The translations under genes were made by a program, and so were the position numbers. Below the pieces are notes generated by a model, which saw only the letters and a list, made by a program, of their open reading frames with translations, had not been told where the DNA came from and searched no databases. From a virus (lineage: Duplodnaviria > Caudoviricetes), in the IMG/VR virus record IMGVR_UViG_3300006893_000012, positions 1 to 45,690 of that record: a stretch of 45,690 nt of DNA. One strand, written 5' to 3'. This document shows, piece by piece, positions 36,901 through 45,579 of this stretch; position 1 is the first letter of the stretch, and each line of letters starts with the position of its first letter.

Positions 36901-37906
36901 CGTTCTCGCGCACATCCGTTTTAATGACCGCACCGCTGCCGATGGATCAAAAACACTTTTCTTGGAAGAGGTGCAATCGGACTGGCATCAACAAGGGAAA
37001 AAATACGGTTACCAATCTGCCGATTCTGCAAAGGCGAACAGAGAGTTTCAGGCGTTTCGTCAAACCCTCGAAGACAAGTACAGTACCCCTGCATTCTGGG
37101 GGAAGGTTACTCCAGAGGAGCGCGCAACCTATGGGCAGTTAGTGGATCGTGCAAATGCAGAAACCGCAGATAAGTCAATCCCTAATGCCCCATTCAAATC
37201 TGACTGGCATGAACTCGCCATGAAGCGGATGCTGCGCCACGCAGCGGAGAATGACTACGACAAACTCGCATGGACGACCGGAGAGCAGCAAGCCGCAAGG
37301 TACGATTTATCAAAGCATGTGAGCCGTCTTGAGTACTTGCCAGACAAGAAGATGCTCCGTGCATTTGATACCAACGGGCATTTCATCTTCGACAAGGAAG
37401 TTGAACCTGAAAAAATTGGTGATTACGTTGGCAAGGAACCCGCACGCAAACTGCTGGAATCTGAACTAAAACAAACAGGCGGCGGAAATCCGATCCATTC
37501 CATTGAAGGCGACGGCTTGAAGGTCGGCGGTGATTGGGCGAAGGCTCTCTATGACCGTGCCATCCCAAACTTTCTCAACAAATACGGGAAGAAATGGGAC
37601 GCCAAGGTCGGAGAGACGCAGTTGCCCGATGCTGTCGGACTCAATGAGCACTTCGATTTGACCGAAACGCCGGGTGGTTGGCGGCTGGTGGACAAACGCC
37701 AAAATCAGGGGCAGGGCACTTTCGTTGGACCTGTGTTCAAGACTGGTGGAGCGGCAGAAAAATGGTTGTCAGAGCAAGGCTATCTGAACCAAAAAGTTCA
37801 CTCGCTGGACATCACACCGGCGATGAAGAAATCCGTCTTGAAAGAAGGGCAGCCGATTTCTAAAATCAACCCGCCCTCGATTCAGCCACTCCGATACGAC
37901 AGTTAA
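33959..37906 (+). CDS. Large multidomain ejection / polyvalent-type protein
   Basis: 1315 aa, last gene of the late operon; C-terminal half with HFDEPNVLAHIRF...LFLEEVQSDWHQ. Confidence 0.6.
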   Translation: MADPQQKETFSNVQPVETFSDVQPTAEQQAKDQQAKADMPTISATPGLWDRTKSFLQHPYENISTGLSNVETKVMGDPTHPLTPQTSYLGARPLTQGVSPAAAQIVGGPIMAPIHAAQAANEFAGGHPVKGINKTAQTASDVSALIPVPGGELLPRAIAAVGGSKIGSAVAGAVTDDPDYKNLAGNIGGAVGAGAPEIAKTAPVQTVADAGLTVAKTIRHPLQAIGSAIEKGAENQRQKAFDALPTMQKLGVQDSNVLRTQDEAAGNTGAPTTQNLDYPKGGTMSKLPDGTSRITTVDGKSFSLPPNLTEVFTPGRAMPPRIGPEISPEMQASRYADVEARAQGAALKDVPPPTPVAPPIDTSSTTFAGEKIHPADSVEPAEIDNKPQSSATRLKENLSTSNETSFGGRQERLGPKIEAGEQPFQMTDTNLRGTAKRLGASNQSAFDLSDPAHQEAAASLLDMKQPRAAELANEMSLKGRSNWKADDFKWSSADRKTSGSQINPDKEALFGEILKGSKMEDVPAKVSPTAGGIEPQPATPEEYAGNRSRFPNAADEHTDQFGNPTISGGAPSTAIAPKISEPIRIEGAKVSPAADVALDEATSNARKAARDRAQMISRAAGRGSEITPVDYNVGRDLKEGEQSRPFADPISSTTYGANNKLVSVDEAAQASANFQNKLFRSHAGIDPTMLGDAAKLAAHHLEAGARELAPTFYSKAAKVADEKIGGSGSGDQILSTLRNAGVKENEIKWMGLDDYLSGKPKVSKSDLQQFIKDNQIQLEETTKGGSHAEQLEQLGSQRNQVFAENNRIWANSLRREPLSTELFNEMAEKGNPESVISRMPAALQAEVRRFVETDQQIHRFDKQIADLSKQASRAKFENYTLPGEKSNYTEMLLRLPVEESAQRLTLNGARQAYNEFVTRLRDRLNDPGANPFHEISAEMGRMTPEERNEFQRLDHRLTTLREGERPGTTQTFRSSHFDEPNVLAHIRFNDRTAADGSKTLFLEEVQSDWHQQGKKYGYQSADSAKANREFQAFRQTLEDKYSTPAFWGKVTPEERATYGQLVDRANAETADKSIPNAPFKSDWHELAMKRMLRHAAENDYDKLAWTTGEQQAARYDLSKHVSRLEYLPDKKMLRAFDTNGHFIFDKEVEPEKIGDYVGKEPARKLLESELKQTGGGNPIHSIEGDGLKVGGDWAKALYDRAIPNFLNKYGKKWDAKVGETQLPDAVGLNEHFDLTETPGGWRLVDKRQNQGQGTFVGPVFKTGGAAEKWLSEQGYLNQKVHSLDITPAMKKSVLKEGQPISKINPPSIQPLRYDS

Positions 37907-37973
37907 CAAAGCAGAGGAAACTATGATGCAAGGAATGCAGATCACGGGCACGAAAATGTTCCTCAAAAGTCGC

Positions 37974-39299
37974 TTAGATTGGCATAGAGTGTGAGCGCTG
38001 GATTTTGTTTACCCTTCGGAACGCTTCTTTGAGTTCGGGAGAGCTGGTAGTAAGCGCAGGGTTTGCCATGAGAGACTGAATCACTTCGCGAATTGCGTGC
38101 AAGTACCAGCCTTCTTTATCATCTAAATCGACTCGCTTCATAAAAAGAATAAATTCTTCCATTAGAATCCTGTGGGTATCGCCGCGCGCGATGAACGCGG
38201 CTTCTTCGAGAGCATCCCGTAACGATTCTTTACCTAGGCGCACAACAAATCTTCGCTCAAAGGCCCATTCAATCGCAGGGATCACTATTTCGCGGTAGTC
38301 TATCTCTGGCAGGAATATCCCGCGCGTAAGCATCAGTTGCATAAATCGCTCAGAAGCAAATTCCAGCGTTTCCTTATCCGAATAAACTACGTCGTTGATC
38401 TTGGCGAGTAACAAATCGCGTTGACCAGCAGGCAAATTCATCACTTCGCCAGCCGTGAGTGATTCGATCTGAAAGGCGATTTCATGGAGCTGTCCGTGTG
38501 TAAGGAGTTCTGACAGCGGACGAGTGGGAACTTGCAATGCGCCTGAAAGCAGAGAATTGAATGTCCTCACGGATTCGATACGACGCACTTTATCGTCGAT
38601 GCAACTGTTGATCAGATCGTCGATAGCAGGCGGAATGGTTTCGTTTGCAGTTGAAAGAGGCTCGTAAACTCCGTGGCGCATCGAATGGCCTGCAAGAGCC
38701 TCATAGAGAGTCACGCCCAAGGAATAAACGTCTGTCCGTTCGTCTACTGCTTCGCCTGCATGTTGCTCAGGAGACATGTATCCGGGAGTTCCAACGACGA
38801 ATCCGGATTTCGTCAACTTTCTGCCATCTTCAGCCGAAATAGCAATTCCAAAATCAACTAGATAGGCAGACTCCTTGTTGGGGGTGATGATTATGTTTTC
38901 TGGCTTTACATCCCGGTGGATGATGGCGAGTTTGTGAGCATAGTCCAGCGCTGAAGCGAGTTGATGAAACCAAAGACGGGCTTGATTTATTGGAACTGGA
39001 CCAGAATCGCTAATGATTTGCCGGAGTGTTACGCCTTCAATGAACTGAAAGATAATTAGAAACTTTCCATCATTGAAATCCACGTCGTAAATTGCGGGAA
39101 TGTTCGGATGGGACATCTTGGCAAGCGTTCTAGCCTCTCGCCTAAATCTTTCCCGGTCCGGTTCGCTAGATTGGTCCAGCAGCGGACTAAGGACTTTTAC
39201 CGCAATGTCCCTGTCAAGAGTATTGTCTTTGCCATGGATGACTTTGGCAAAGCCGCCAGCACCATGAATCTCTGTCTGGAAACTAAATCGTTCCGCCAT
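37974..39299 (-). CDS. Hanks-type Ser/Thr protein kinase with helical C-terminal domain
   Basis: GAGGFAKV, IAVK, HRDVKPEN, DFG, GTPGYMSPE, DVYSLG. Confidence 0.95.
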   Translation of the reverse strand: MAERFSFQTEIHGAGGFAKVIHGKDNTLDRDIAVKVLSPLLDQSSEPDRERFRREARTLAKMSHPNIPAIYDVDFNDGKFLIIFQFIEGVTLRQIISDSGPVPINQARLWFHQLASALDYAHKLAIIHRDVKPENIIITPNKESAYLVDFGIAISAEDGRKLTKSGFVVGTPGYMSPEQHAGEAVDERTDVYSLGVTLYEALAGHSMRHGVYEPLSTANETIPPAIDDLINSCIDDKVRRIESVRTFNSLLSGALQVPTRPLSELLTHGQLHEIAFQIESLTAGEVMNLPAGQRDLLLAKINDVVYSDKETLEFASERFMQLMLTRGIFLPEIDYREIVIPAIEWAFERRFVVRLGKESLRDALEEAAFIARGDTHRILMEEFILFMKRVDLDDKEGWYLHAIREVIQSLMANPALTTSSPELKEAFRRVNKIQRSHSMPI

Positions 39300-39430
39300 G
39301 TCCTAACCTCAATACGTTTTAGGGGGATCTGGAACCGACCAGACTCGGTAGCTCCGACGAACCATTAGACCACCTCATAGATGGGATGTCCAGATTCAGG
39401 GTGACGCGCATCGGTAGCTTCACTACTTCC

Positions 39431-40255
39431 TTAACGGTTGGCAGTGGAGATGAACATCGATTTCACATTGGGGTCGTTGAGGTCGAGCGCAAACTGCCCG
39501 ACAATTGGTGGGTCGCTCACTGTCACGTCTTCGGTTTTGCGGCTGGCACGAGGGTTCTTCCCGGCACCGATAGGATTCGCCCCATCCAACAACCCAACCA
39601 GAACTGCCCCCAGCGCCAAACTCTCCGGCGACATCCCTACCGCCGCTTCCGTGCCGTCTAGATTTTCCCCGCTTAGCAAATGCGCCGTCTGGTTCATCTT
39701 CCGGCGCATGTCTGCCCGATGGAGTTCGTAGCGATCCGCCACCTCTACGAAAGACTTGCATTGCATGTAGTCGTAAAAAATGACGCTCATTTGCGCGACC
39801 ACTGTTTCCGTCTCCGCATTGAATCGGGTCTTGATCAGTTGGCTTTCGAGGCCCGCCGCCTCCAACACACTCTGGATTTGCTGTTGAGAGATTTTCTCGC
39901 CGAATACCAAGGCTGCGCAGAACGTTTTCGTGGCTCTCCGCAACAGGTAGCTAAGGATGGTTTGCGTGGATTTCCAGATCGGAGCCAGCCGGGTCTGCGT
40001 GGCGGCGAGGACGTAGTACGAAATCAACTGTTCCTGTTCGATGGGGGAAAGATGGCGCAGCAGTTTGAAGAAACCCTCCGGCTGCTGGTCACTGTAAATC
40101 AGGAGATCGGCCTGTTGCTGCGAGCTGTCGCTTTCGATGCTGATTAAAGTTTCGCCCTTGAGCGATTCCTCTTCGGTGAGGGTTGCGCTGTGTTTGGCTA
40201 CGATGGCGTCCCAATAGCCGTTCGGGTTGTCGCCGCCTGCATTCCATTGACTCAT
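39431..40255 (-). CDS. Sigma70 region-4-like HTH protein (two HTH-like segments)
   Basis: LRHLSPIEQEQLISYY...TQTRLAPIWKSTQTILSYLLRRA and IFYDYMQCKSFVEVADRYELHRADMRRKM. Confidence 0.55.
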   Translation of the reverse strand: MSQWNAGGDNPNGYWDAIVAKHSATLTEEESLKGETLISIESDSSQQQADLLIYSDQQPEGFFKLLRHLSPIEQEQLISYYVLAATQTRLAPIWKSTQTILSYLLRRATKTFCAALVFGEKISQQQIQSVLEAAGLESQLIKTRFNAETETVVAQMSVIFYDYMQCKSFVEVADRYELHRADMRRKMNQTAHLLSGENLDGTEAAVGMSPESLALGAVLVGLLDGANPIGAGKNPRASRKTEDVTVSDPPIVGQFALDLNDPNVKSMFISTANR

Positions 40256-40260
40256 ACCCT

Positions 40261-40279
40261 CTAATACGCAGTAACCTGG
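40261..40279 (+). repeat. 19-bp direct repeat CTAATACGCAGTAACCTGG, copy 1
   Basis: Identical to 42861-42879. Confidence 0.9.
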
Positions 40280-40314
40280 GGTTGCGTCTGGGAATTGAAG
40301 GAGCTACTTAGTGC

Positions 40315-41814
40315 GTGATCCTACAGCGTGAGATAATTCCCGCCGTGCCCAGTAAACCTTCCTCGCTTCTCGATACCCGTGTCATCTATTGCGGCGACAA
40401 TCTGGAGCAGTTGAAGAAACTGCCGGATGCCTGCGTTGACCTGATTTACATCGACCCGCCGTTTAACTCCAACCGCAACTACGAAGTGTTCTGGGGCGAG
40501 ACGAAAGAGAAACGCTCATTCGAGGACCGTCACGAATCCACACAAGCCTATATCGAATTCATGCGACCGCGTTGCGTAGAACTGGCGCGGGTGCTTAAGG
40601 AAACGGGCAGCTTTTACTATCACTGCGACTGGCACGCCAGCCACTACGTCAAAGTGATGCTTGACCAGATTTTCGGGGAGAACAACTTCCAGAATGAGAT
40701 CATCTGGAAACGAACCAGTGCGCGAAGCGATTCCAAGAGATACAACACAATCCACGACACGATATTTTTCTGTACGAAGGGCGAAGACTACGTTTGGAAC
40801 AAGCAATACGAGCCTTACGACCCGCACTACATCGAGGAGTTCTACACGCACGTTGATCCTGACGGCAGACGGTGGAAACGCGGCGATTTGACCAGCCCTA
40901 ATCCACGTCCTCGCATGATGTACGAGTTTAAGGGCTATCCGTCGCCAGCGAAGGGCTGGCGCTTCACGAAGGCTCGGCTAGAGGCGTTAGATCAGGCAGG
41001 AAAAATTCACTATCCAAAAGACCCAAACGGTGTCCCGCGCTTCAAGTCCTATCTTGACGAAATGCCGGGAGTTCCGCTCCAGACGGTATGGACAGACATA
41101 AGGCCGCTTCATAACCTAGCAGCCGAGCGCTTAGGTTATCCGACCCAGAAGCCGCTCCAGTTGCTCGAACGCATTATCAAGTCCAGCAGCAATGAGAACG
41201 ATATCGTGCTTGACGCATTTTGCGGGTGTGGCACGGCGTTGGTCGCTAGTCAAAATCTTGGCCGCCAGTGGATCGGAATAGATATTTCCCCCACTTCATG
41301 CCGTGTCATGGCAAAGCGACTGCGGGACGTATGCCGATTACCGGAAGATGAAAAGTTGTGGCGCGTTGGGCGCGGCTTCGTTGTGCGTGATCTGCCGTGG
41401 AGTGAGAAACAACTCAGAGTCATCCCGCCGTTCGAGTTTGAGAACTGGGCAGTGATCGCGCTGGGCGGAATCCCGAACAAGGCGCAAGTCGGAGACATGG
41501 GTATAGACGGGCGCATCTACCCGGTATCGTCCATGCCCGCCAAGAGCGGAAAGCGAGCCGGGGAACTTGATTTTATGGATACCTGGTATCCGATTCAGGT
41601 GAAGCAAAAAGACAAAGCAGGCAGGCCGGATATTGATATGTTCGAGGCCGCGATGATGCGCGAGGATCGCCCGAAAGGATTTTTTGTGTCGTTCGAGTTT
41701 TCCTCCGATGCCCTGCGGGAAGTGGATGCTTTCTTTCGCCGGGAGCACCGCATCATCATCCCACTGACCGTGCGGGAAATCCTAGAGGAGACTATCGCCC
41801 AGAAGCTAGCATAA
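40315..41814 (+). CDS. Beta-class N6-adenine/N4-cytosine DNA methyltransferase fused to an Mrr-like PD-(D/E)xK domain
   Basis: IDPPF precedes YPTQKP and DAFCGCGT; C-terminal FEFENWAV...GDMGIDG...IQVKQ. Confidence 0.9.
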   Translation: MILQREIIPAVPSKPSSLLDTRVIYCGDNLEQLKKLPDACVDLIYIDPPFNSNRNYEVFWGETKEKRSFEDRHESTQAYIEFMRPRCVELARVLKETGSFYYHCDWHASHYVKVMLDQIFGENNFQNEIIWKRTSARSDSKRYNTIHDTIFFCTKGEDYVWNKQYEPYDPHYIEEFYTHVDPDGRRWKRGDLTSPNPRPRMMYEFKGYPSPAKGWRFTKARLEALDQAGKIHYPKDPNGVPRFKSYLDEMPGVPLQTVWTDIRPLHNLAAERLGYPTQKPLQLLERIIKSSSNENDIVLDAFCGCGTALVASQNLGRQWIGIDISPTSCRVMAKRLRDVCRLPEDEKLWRVGRGFVVRDLPWSEKQLRVIPPFEFENWAVIALGGIPNKAQVGDMGIDGRIYPVSSMPAKSGKRAGELDFMDTWYPIQVKQKDKAGRPDIDMFEAAMMREDRPKGFFVSFEFSSDALREVDAFFRREHRIIIPLTVREILEETIAQKLA

Positions 41815-41827
41815 GGAGGAAACCAGA

Positions 41828-42049
41828 ATGAATGATCCGCTATATTGGTATTTGAAGTGCAAAGTCTGTTCGCACTTCCACGTCGGGCCAGAGGTCAAGA
41901 TTGTTCCGTTCGGTACATACGCCCCAAGTGACCGGGTAGAAAGGTGCCCGAACAATCCTGAGAAGAGCGCCGCTTATACGCAGAGTGATTGGCGACAGAT
42001 GACCTTAGCTCAGTGGCAAAACGAAGAAAGAAAAAGCACCCCCGAGTGA
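41828..42049 (+). CDS. Small hypothetical protein (CKVC)
   Basis: AAGGAGG RBS. Confidence 0.6.
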   Translation: MNDPLYWYLKCKVCSHFHVGPEVKIVPFGTYAPSDRVERCPNNPEKSAAYTQSDWRQMTLAQWQNEERKSTPE

Positions 42050-42286
42050 GTGAGAAAAAAACCAATGCCGACACTACAGGCTTTCTGCAATACCTGCCAA
42101 AAGATTGTCTCCGCTCACACAGTTCTAAACGATCAAGACACACTGTCAGCGCTGAAACTAAATGGTGACGTGAAGATCGTTCATCTAGCCAGGTTTTCGG
42201 ATGGCACAGGTGCCGACCACGTTTGGAGTCTGAGCGGTTCCGAAAGGGAAAGACTGCGCTCTCAAATGAGCGGCGGGTCAAAATAG
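42050..42286 (+). CDS. Small hypothetical protein (CNTC)
   Basis: Abuts the previous ORF; start uncertain. Confidence 0.5.
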   Translation: MRKKPMPTLQAFCNTCQKIVSAHTVLNDQDTLSALKLNGDVKIVHLARFSDGTGADHVWSLSGSERERLRSQMSGGSK

Positions 42287-42313
42287 GACGTACACAGGCT
42301 GTAGAATGTTTGT

Positions 42314-42559
42314 ATGACAAGGAAGCAACTGCGCGACCTGTTACCCAAAGCGGGGCTCTTTCTTCGCACATACCAGCAGTGGCTTGCGTTTTTTTCCGCT
42401 GTGCTGCTCATAGTGCTCGCGCCATCAGTGGCGGATTCCGTTCATCTCCATGTGGAATCACATTCCGGCGAATCGACGGTCGCTAATTCGCTGTCTATAT
42501 CGGGGAATTCCACAGCGTCCGTTACCCGGTCATTTCTCGTACCTTTTGAGAGCCTTTGA
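42314..42559 (+). CDS. Small membrane or secreted protein
   Basis: Hydrophobic WLAFFSAVLLIVLAPSVA segment. Confidence 0.4.
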   Translation: MTRKQLRDLLPKAGLFLRTYQQWLAFFSAVLLIVLAPSVADSVHLHVESHSGESTVANSLSISGNSTASVTRSFLVPFESL

Positions 42560-42562
42560 TCT

Positions 42563-42856
42563 ATGTCGGAGAAACTAATTCAGCGGTACAGCGGACAAGG
42601 GAAACTTATATTTGAGAACAATGAAGCCGAAGCCGTCAGCTATTTGATTGAGGAATTCCAGGGATATGACAGAGAATTTCCAACCTATCTGGACAGGCGC
42701 GGGCGCGTATCGCACGCAGAAGGGCATCCGGATTGGCACCCGATCACGGCTCTTCACTCAGGGCCTCTTACTCTCGTGATGAGCGATGGGCGCAAATTGA
42801 AAGTGTTTTTGGAGGACCTGAAAGGCTCTTTTCGAGCAATGGGCGACTTCTTCTGA
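42563..42856 (+). CDS. Hypothetical protein
   Basis: 97 aa ORF ending just before the second 19-bp repeat. Confidence 0.6.
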   Translation: MSEKLIQRYSGQGKLIFENNEAEAVSYLIEEFQGYDREFPTYLDRRGRVSHAEGHPDWHPITALHSGPLTLVMSDGRKLKVFLEDLKGSFRAMGDFF

Positions 42857-42860
42857 CCCC

Positions 42861-42879
42861 CTAATACGCAGTAACCTGG
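42861..42879 (+). repeat. 19-bp direct repeat, copy 2
   Basis: Identical to 40261-40279. Confidence 0.9.
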
Positions 42880-42957
42880 CGGGTGAGTAACTTTCGTGCG
42901 AACGATTTATGTCGCAAGAACCGACCGTTGGGTTATTATGGGTTAGGAGGAAATGCA

Positions 42958-43194
42958 ATGAAAGGAATCACAGGAACGACAACGGCAGTAAACAACCTGA
43001 CGGAGTTGAAGGCAGAGGTAAAGAGCTTCGTCAAAGACGTGATCGAGCCGGTGCCGGGGTCGGTACTGACGCTGCGGTTGCAAACGCCGGAGATGCTAGC
43101 TGCAGCCACGCTCGGCTCCCGCACCAGTCATGCCAAGGCTGCCGCCGCAAGGCGCAACGGTCGCAGGGGTGGACGCCCGAAAGGTGGCAAATGA
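42958..43194 (+). CDS. Small basic protein with a KAAAARRNGRRGGRP tail (possible DNA binding)
   Basis: AGGAGG RBS before ATG 42958. Confidence 0.65.
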   Translation: MKGITGTTTAVNNLTELKAEVKSFVKDVIEPVPGSVLTLRLQTPEMLAAATLGSRTSHAKAAAARRNGRRGGRPKGGK

Positions 43195-43403
43195 TGGGGA
43201 TAGTTTTCGCATTCGGTTTTCTCAGCATTTTCTTTACCGTGGCGGCAGTCGTGGTTTCCTACATCATCATCGCTACGTTCATCGGTCTAGCGATTGTAGC
43301 GGTGGAGAAAAAACCCCTGACATCAAAGTCCGTATTGGCGTTGGGGAAAGAGCGTCTAGCACGACCGGAAATGACCCTTAAACCTTTTGATGGGACCCGG
43401 TGA
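43191..43403 (+). CDS. Small membrane protein
   Basis: ATGA coupling; long hydrophobic N-terminus. Confidence 0.55.
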   Translation: MMGIVFAFGFLSIFFTVAAVVVSYIIIATFIGLAIVAVEKKPLTSKSVLALGKERLARPEMTLKPFDGTR

Positions 43404-43486
43404 TAGGGGGGTAAGGCGCAGGGATCAAATTTATTTGGCGGCTCCGAAGCCGAAAAGGAATTACGGCGTATGAACGCTTAAGGCAT

Positions 43487-44296
43487 TTATAACTCTCGCG
43501 ATTCCGTTAACGACGGTAATCCGTTCCCTTGATCATCCAACGTCAGAAGCACTCGGTATAAGACCTCGCGTTCCGTAAGAAGTTGGATTTCGACACTGCC
43601 GACGCGCAAGCTAATGTCGTAGTCTTGATAGGCTGCAACTTTACGCCCCCTGCCCCTTATTCGTGCATCGACAAGTTGCACGGATCGTCCACGCAGTTTG
43701 CCCTTGACGAGCGTAAAGAGCAGCAGATACTTGGGTGTGTTTACTTGTAGAGTCTCATGCTTTTTGCCATTTCCCGGAATCCAAGCGACATCAGTTAGGT
43801 CTAGAATTTCAAGGCCATCGGGGTTCCGAAAGACGGCACGAGCCTTGACGGTCGGAATGCGAAGGTCTGCGCTGTCCGGTAGCGCTTCGTTTTCAAATAC
43901 AGCAGCAGCGAACGTTGACTTGATAAAAGGATAAGTGTTCGCTGGGTTGACCCCCCACTTCACGCCTTTGCAGTGGATATTACAGCGCGGTTCATTTTTC
44001 TTTTCTGGCGCTGGCTCGGGCGCAGCGGCACTCGCAGAACTGTTGCCTACGGAGATGTTGAACTGCGGATTGATCTCAGTATGTGGTGCGAATTCCTGTT
44101 TATTCTCCTGATTGACCGAAAAGGGAGCAGCGGAAACCGCCTCAGGTTTCTTCGCAAAAAACCAGGTTAAAAGAAACCCAACGACTCCAGCACCACCGAT
44201 TACAAGAGCAGGAATGAAGTGGTGCTCTGTGAACCAGTACGCGATTGCAGCCGCAATCAAACTGCTTGATACCCCCATGCCTAAATTCCGCAGCAT
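43487..44296 (-). CDS. Membrane-anchored hypothetical protein
   Basis: Two N-terminal hydrophobic helices, a linker and a soluble beta domain. Confidence 0.7.
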   Translation of the reverse strand: MLRNLGMGVSSSLIAAAIAYWFTEHHFIPALVIGGAGVVGFLLTWFFAKKPEAVSAAPFSVNQENKQEFAPHTEINPQFNISVGNSSASAAAPEPAPEKKNEPRCNIHCKGVKWGVNPANTYPFIKSTFAAAVFENEALPDSADLRIPTVKARAVFRNPDGLEILDLTDVAWIPGNGKKHETLQVNTPKYLLLFTLVKGKLRGRSVQLVDARIRGRGRKVAAYQDYDISLRVGSVEIQLLTEREVLYRVLLTLDDQGNGLPSLTESREL

Positions 44297-44430
44297 TACC
44301 GCGTCCCCTTTCCCCTAACTCCATCTAAGCTGGGCCGATGTACTGCACGCGCCAAGGGTGTGGGAGCGTAGGTCGTTGCCCGACATAAATAAAGGCCGCA
44401 TTCGGAGATGAGCGCTTTTGGACTTGCGGA

Positions 44431-45360
44431 TTACTGCAAATCCTTCTCTGCCTCGACCAAAAATTGAATGGCGGATGCCGTCAAGTGTAAGGCATAAGCT
44501 GCATAATGTGGGGGCACAGTTATGACCTCCGGGCCTTGCCCATGGCCGCCCTTCTTGTTTCTCAAGGTCGGCACTCCGCTTTCGAGTGTGCTCTGAAGAG
44601 CCGAGTAGTGGGACTGCAGAAAACCGGGAAGCAGTCCATTCTTGAAACAGATTTCAATCAGCGTTTTAGCTGTGTCTGTTGGTTGGAATGTCCAGCGACG
44701 CTTTGTGCAAATCGTCTTCAGAGTGCTCTCTAACGCGTTCAACGAATCGGCAAGACAATCCTTGATCTCTCCCTTGCGATAGTGTTCGTGCGCTCTCAGG
44801 AACTCATCATTGGCACCCCGATAGAGTTTGTCCTGCAGAAGGTCCATTGCTGGTTTGACAACTTGAGCATGCAGGAATTGGGAGTCGTATCGGACGATTT
44901 TGCCAGAGACGTACTGATACCCTACCCCGTGTTGTAAAAACCGGTGGTTCAAGTCTGCGACTGCTTGATGTGGCCGGAGCTTTGTACGCGCGGACCCGCT
45001 GTAGCGGCCATTATTTTCGACTGCCTTCTTCATCACCCGCAACGAAAACTCTATTGCGTCAAGCCAATACTCAACGCGCGATTCCTGGAGGAAGAAGTTG
45101 CCTAGAATCTCTCCTCCGTCGTCTCCGGGCGCGAGTATCTGCCTGCCGAAGTGCCTTACCAGTTGCTCAATGATTTCCCGATAGGCATCGTCTGCGGCTG
45201 TGACGTAACCTTCGTCGGTATAAGGCTTGCCTAAGCCGTCAAGCACAATAAGCATCGCTTGAACCCGCAGTTCCTTGGGGATCGCGTCGTACACGAAAAC
45301 GTCCGGTGCTTCACCGCGCTCCTTTTTGCGCCGAGTCGAAAATAGATCAAGAATTGGCAT
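44431..45360 (-). CDS. Abortive-infection-like protein (AbiJ-N / Abi_C HEPN type, STM4504-like)
   Basis: MPILDLFSTRRKK...PDVFVYDAIPKELRVQ N-terminus; NHRFLQHGVGYQY; HEPN-like RNKKGGH. Family recalled from memory. Confidence 0.75.
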   Translation of the reverse strand: MPILDLFSTRRKKERGEAPDVFVYDAIPKELRVQAMLIVLDGLGKPYTDEGYVTAADDAYREIIEQLVRHFGRQILAPGDDGGEILGNFFLQESRVEYWLDAIEFSLRVMKKAVENNGRYSGSARTKLRPHQAVADLNHRFLQHGVGYQYVSGKIVRYDSQFLHAQVVKPAMDLLQDKLYRGANDEFLRAHEHYRKGEIKDCLADSLNALESTLKTICTKRRWTFQPTDTAKTLIEICFKNGLLPGFLQSHYSALQSTLESGVPTLRNKKGGHGQGPEVITVPPHYAAYALHLTASAIQFLVEAEKDLQ

Positions 45361-45428
45361 TGTGTGTTCTTATTTTAAACCAGAGCGGCATAGGAGACGA
45401 CTGCGACGAAAAGGCGGTCGTTTCAAAA

Positions 45429-45453
45429 GGCTGGCTAAATTCTTGGCTAAAAA
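45429..45453 (+). promoter_or_regulatory. Putative integrase arm-type sites (TGGCTAA at 45432-45438 and 45444-45450)
   Basis: Matches 181-206. Confidence 0.7.
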
Positions 45454-45567
45454 AAGTGCCTTTCGAACGGGATATTGACTATTCCAATAAGGATGGCAAA
45501 ATGGCGGGCTCCGCATGTATACTGATGATAACGCAGCCGGAAACCCGCATAGCCAGAGGGCTTCGAA

Positions 45568-45579
45568 ATAAGTACCTCT
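45568..45579 (+). repeat. attR core ATAAGTACCTCT
   Basis: Identical to 112-123. Confidence 0.85.

Larger units (their letters stand above)
112..45579. mobile_element. Integrated temperate prophage, podovirus-like (P22-type head/tail gene order), apparently full length
   Basis: Integrase next to the left repeat, 12-bp terminal direct repeats with arm-type motifs inside both ends, intact terminase-portal-scaffold-capsid-tail-ejection module, and no tape-measure or sheath gene recognised. Confidence 0.9.

Noticed and set aside
45529-45555. Degenerate loop-8nt-edge (TAACGCAGCC-ggaaaccc-GCATAGCCA) next to attR
   Set aside because: Both repeats lack the conserved 5' GA and only half a unit is present; could be chance.
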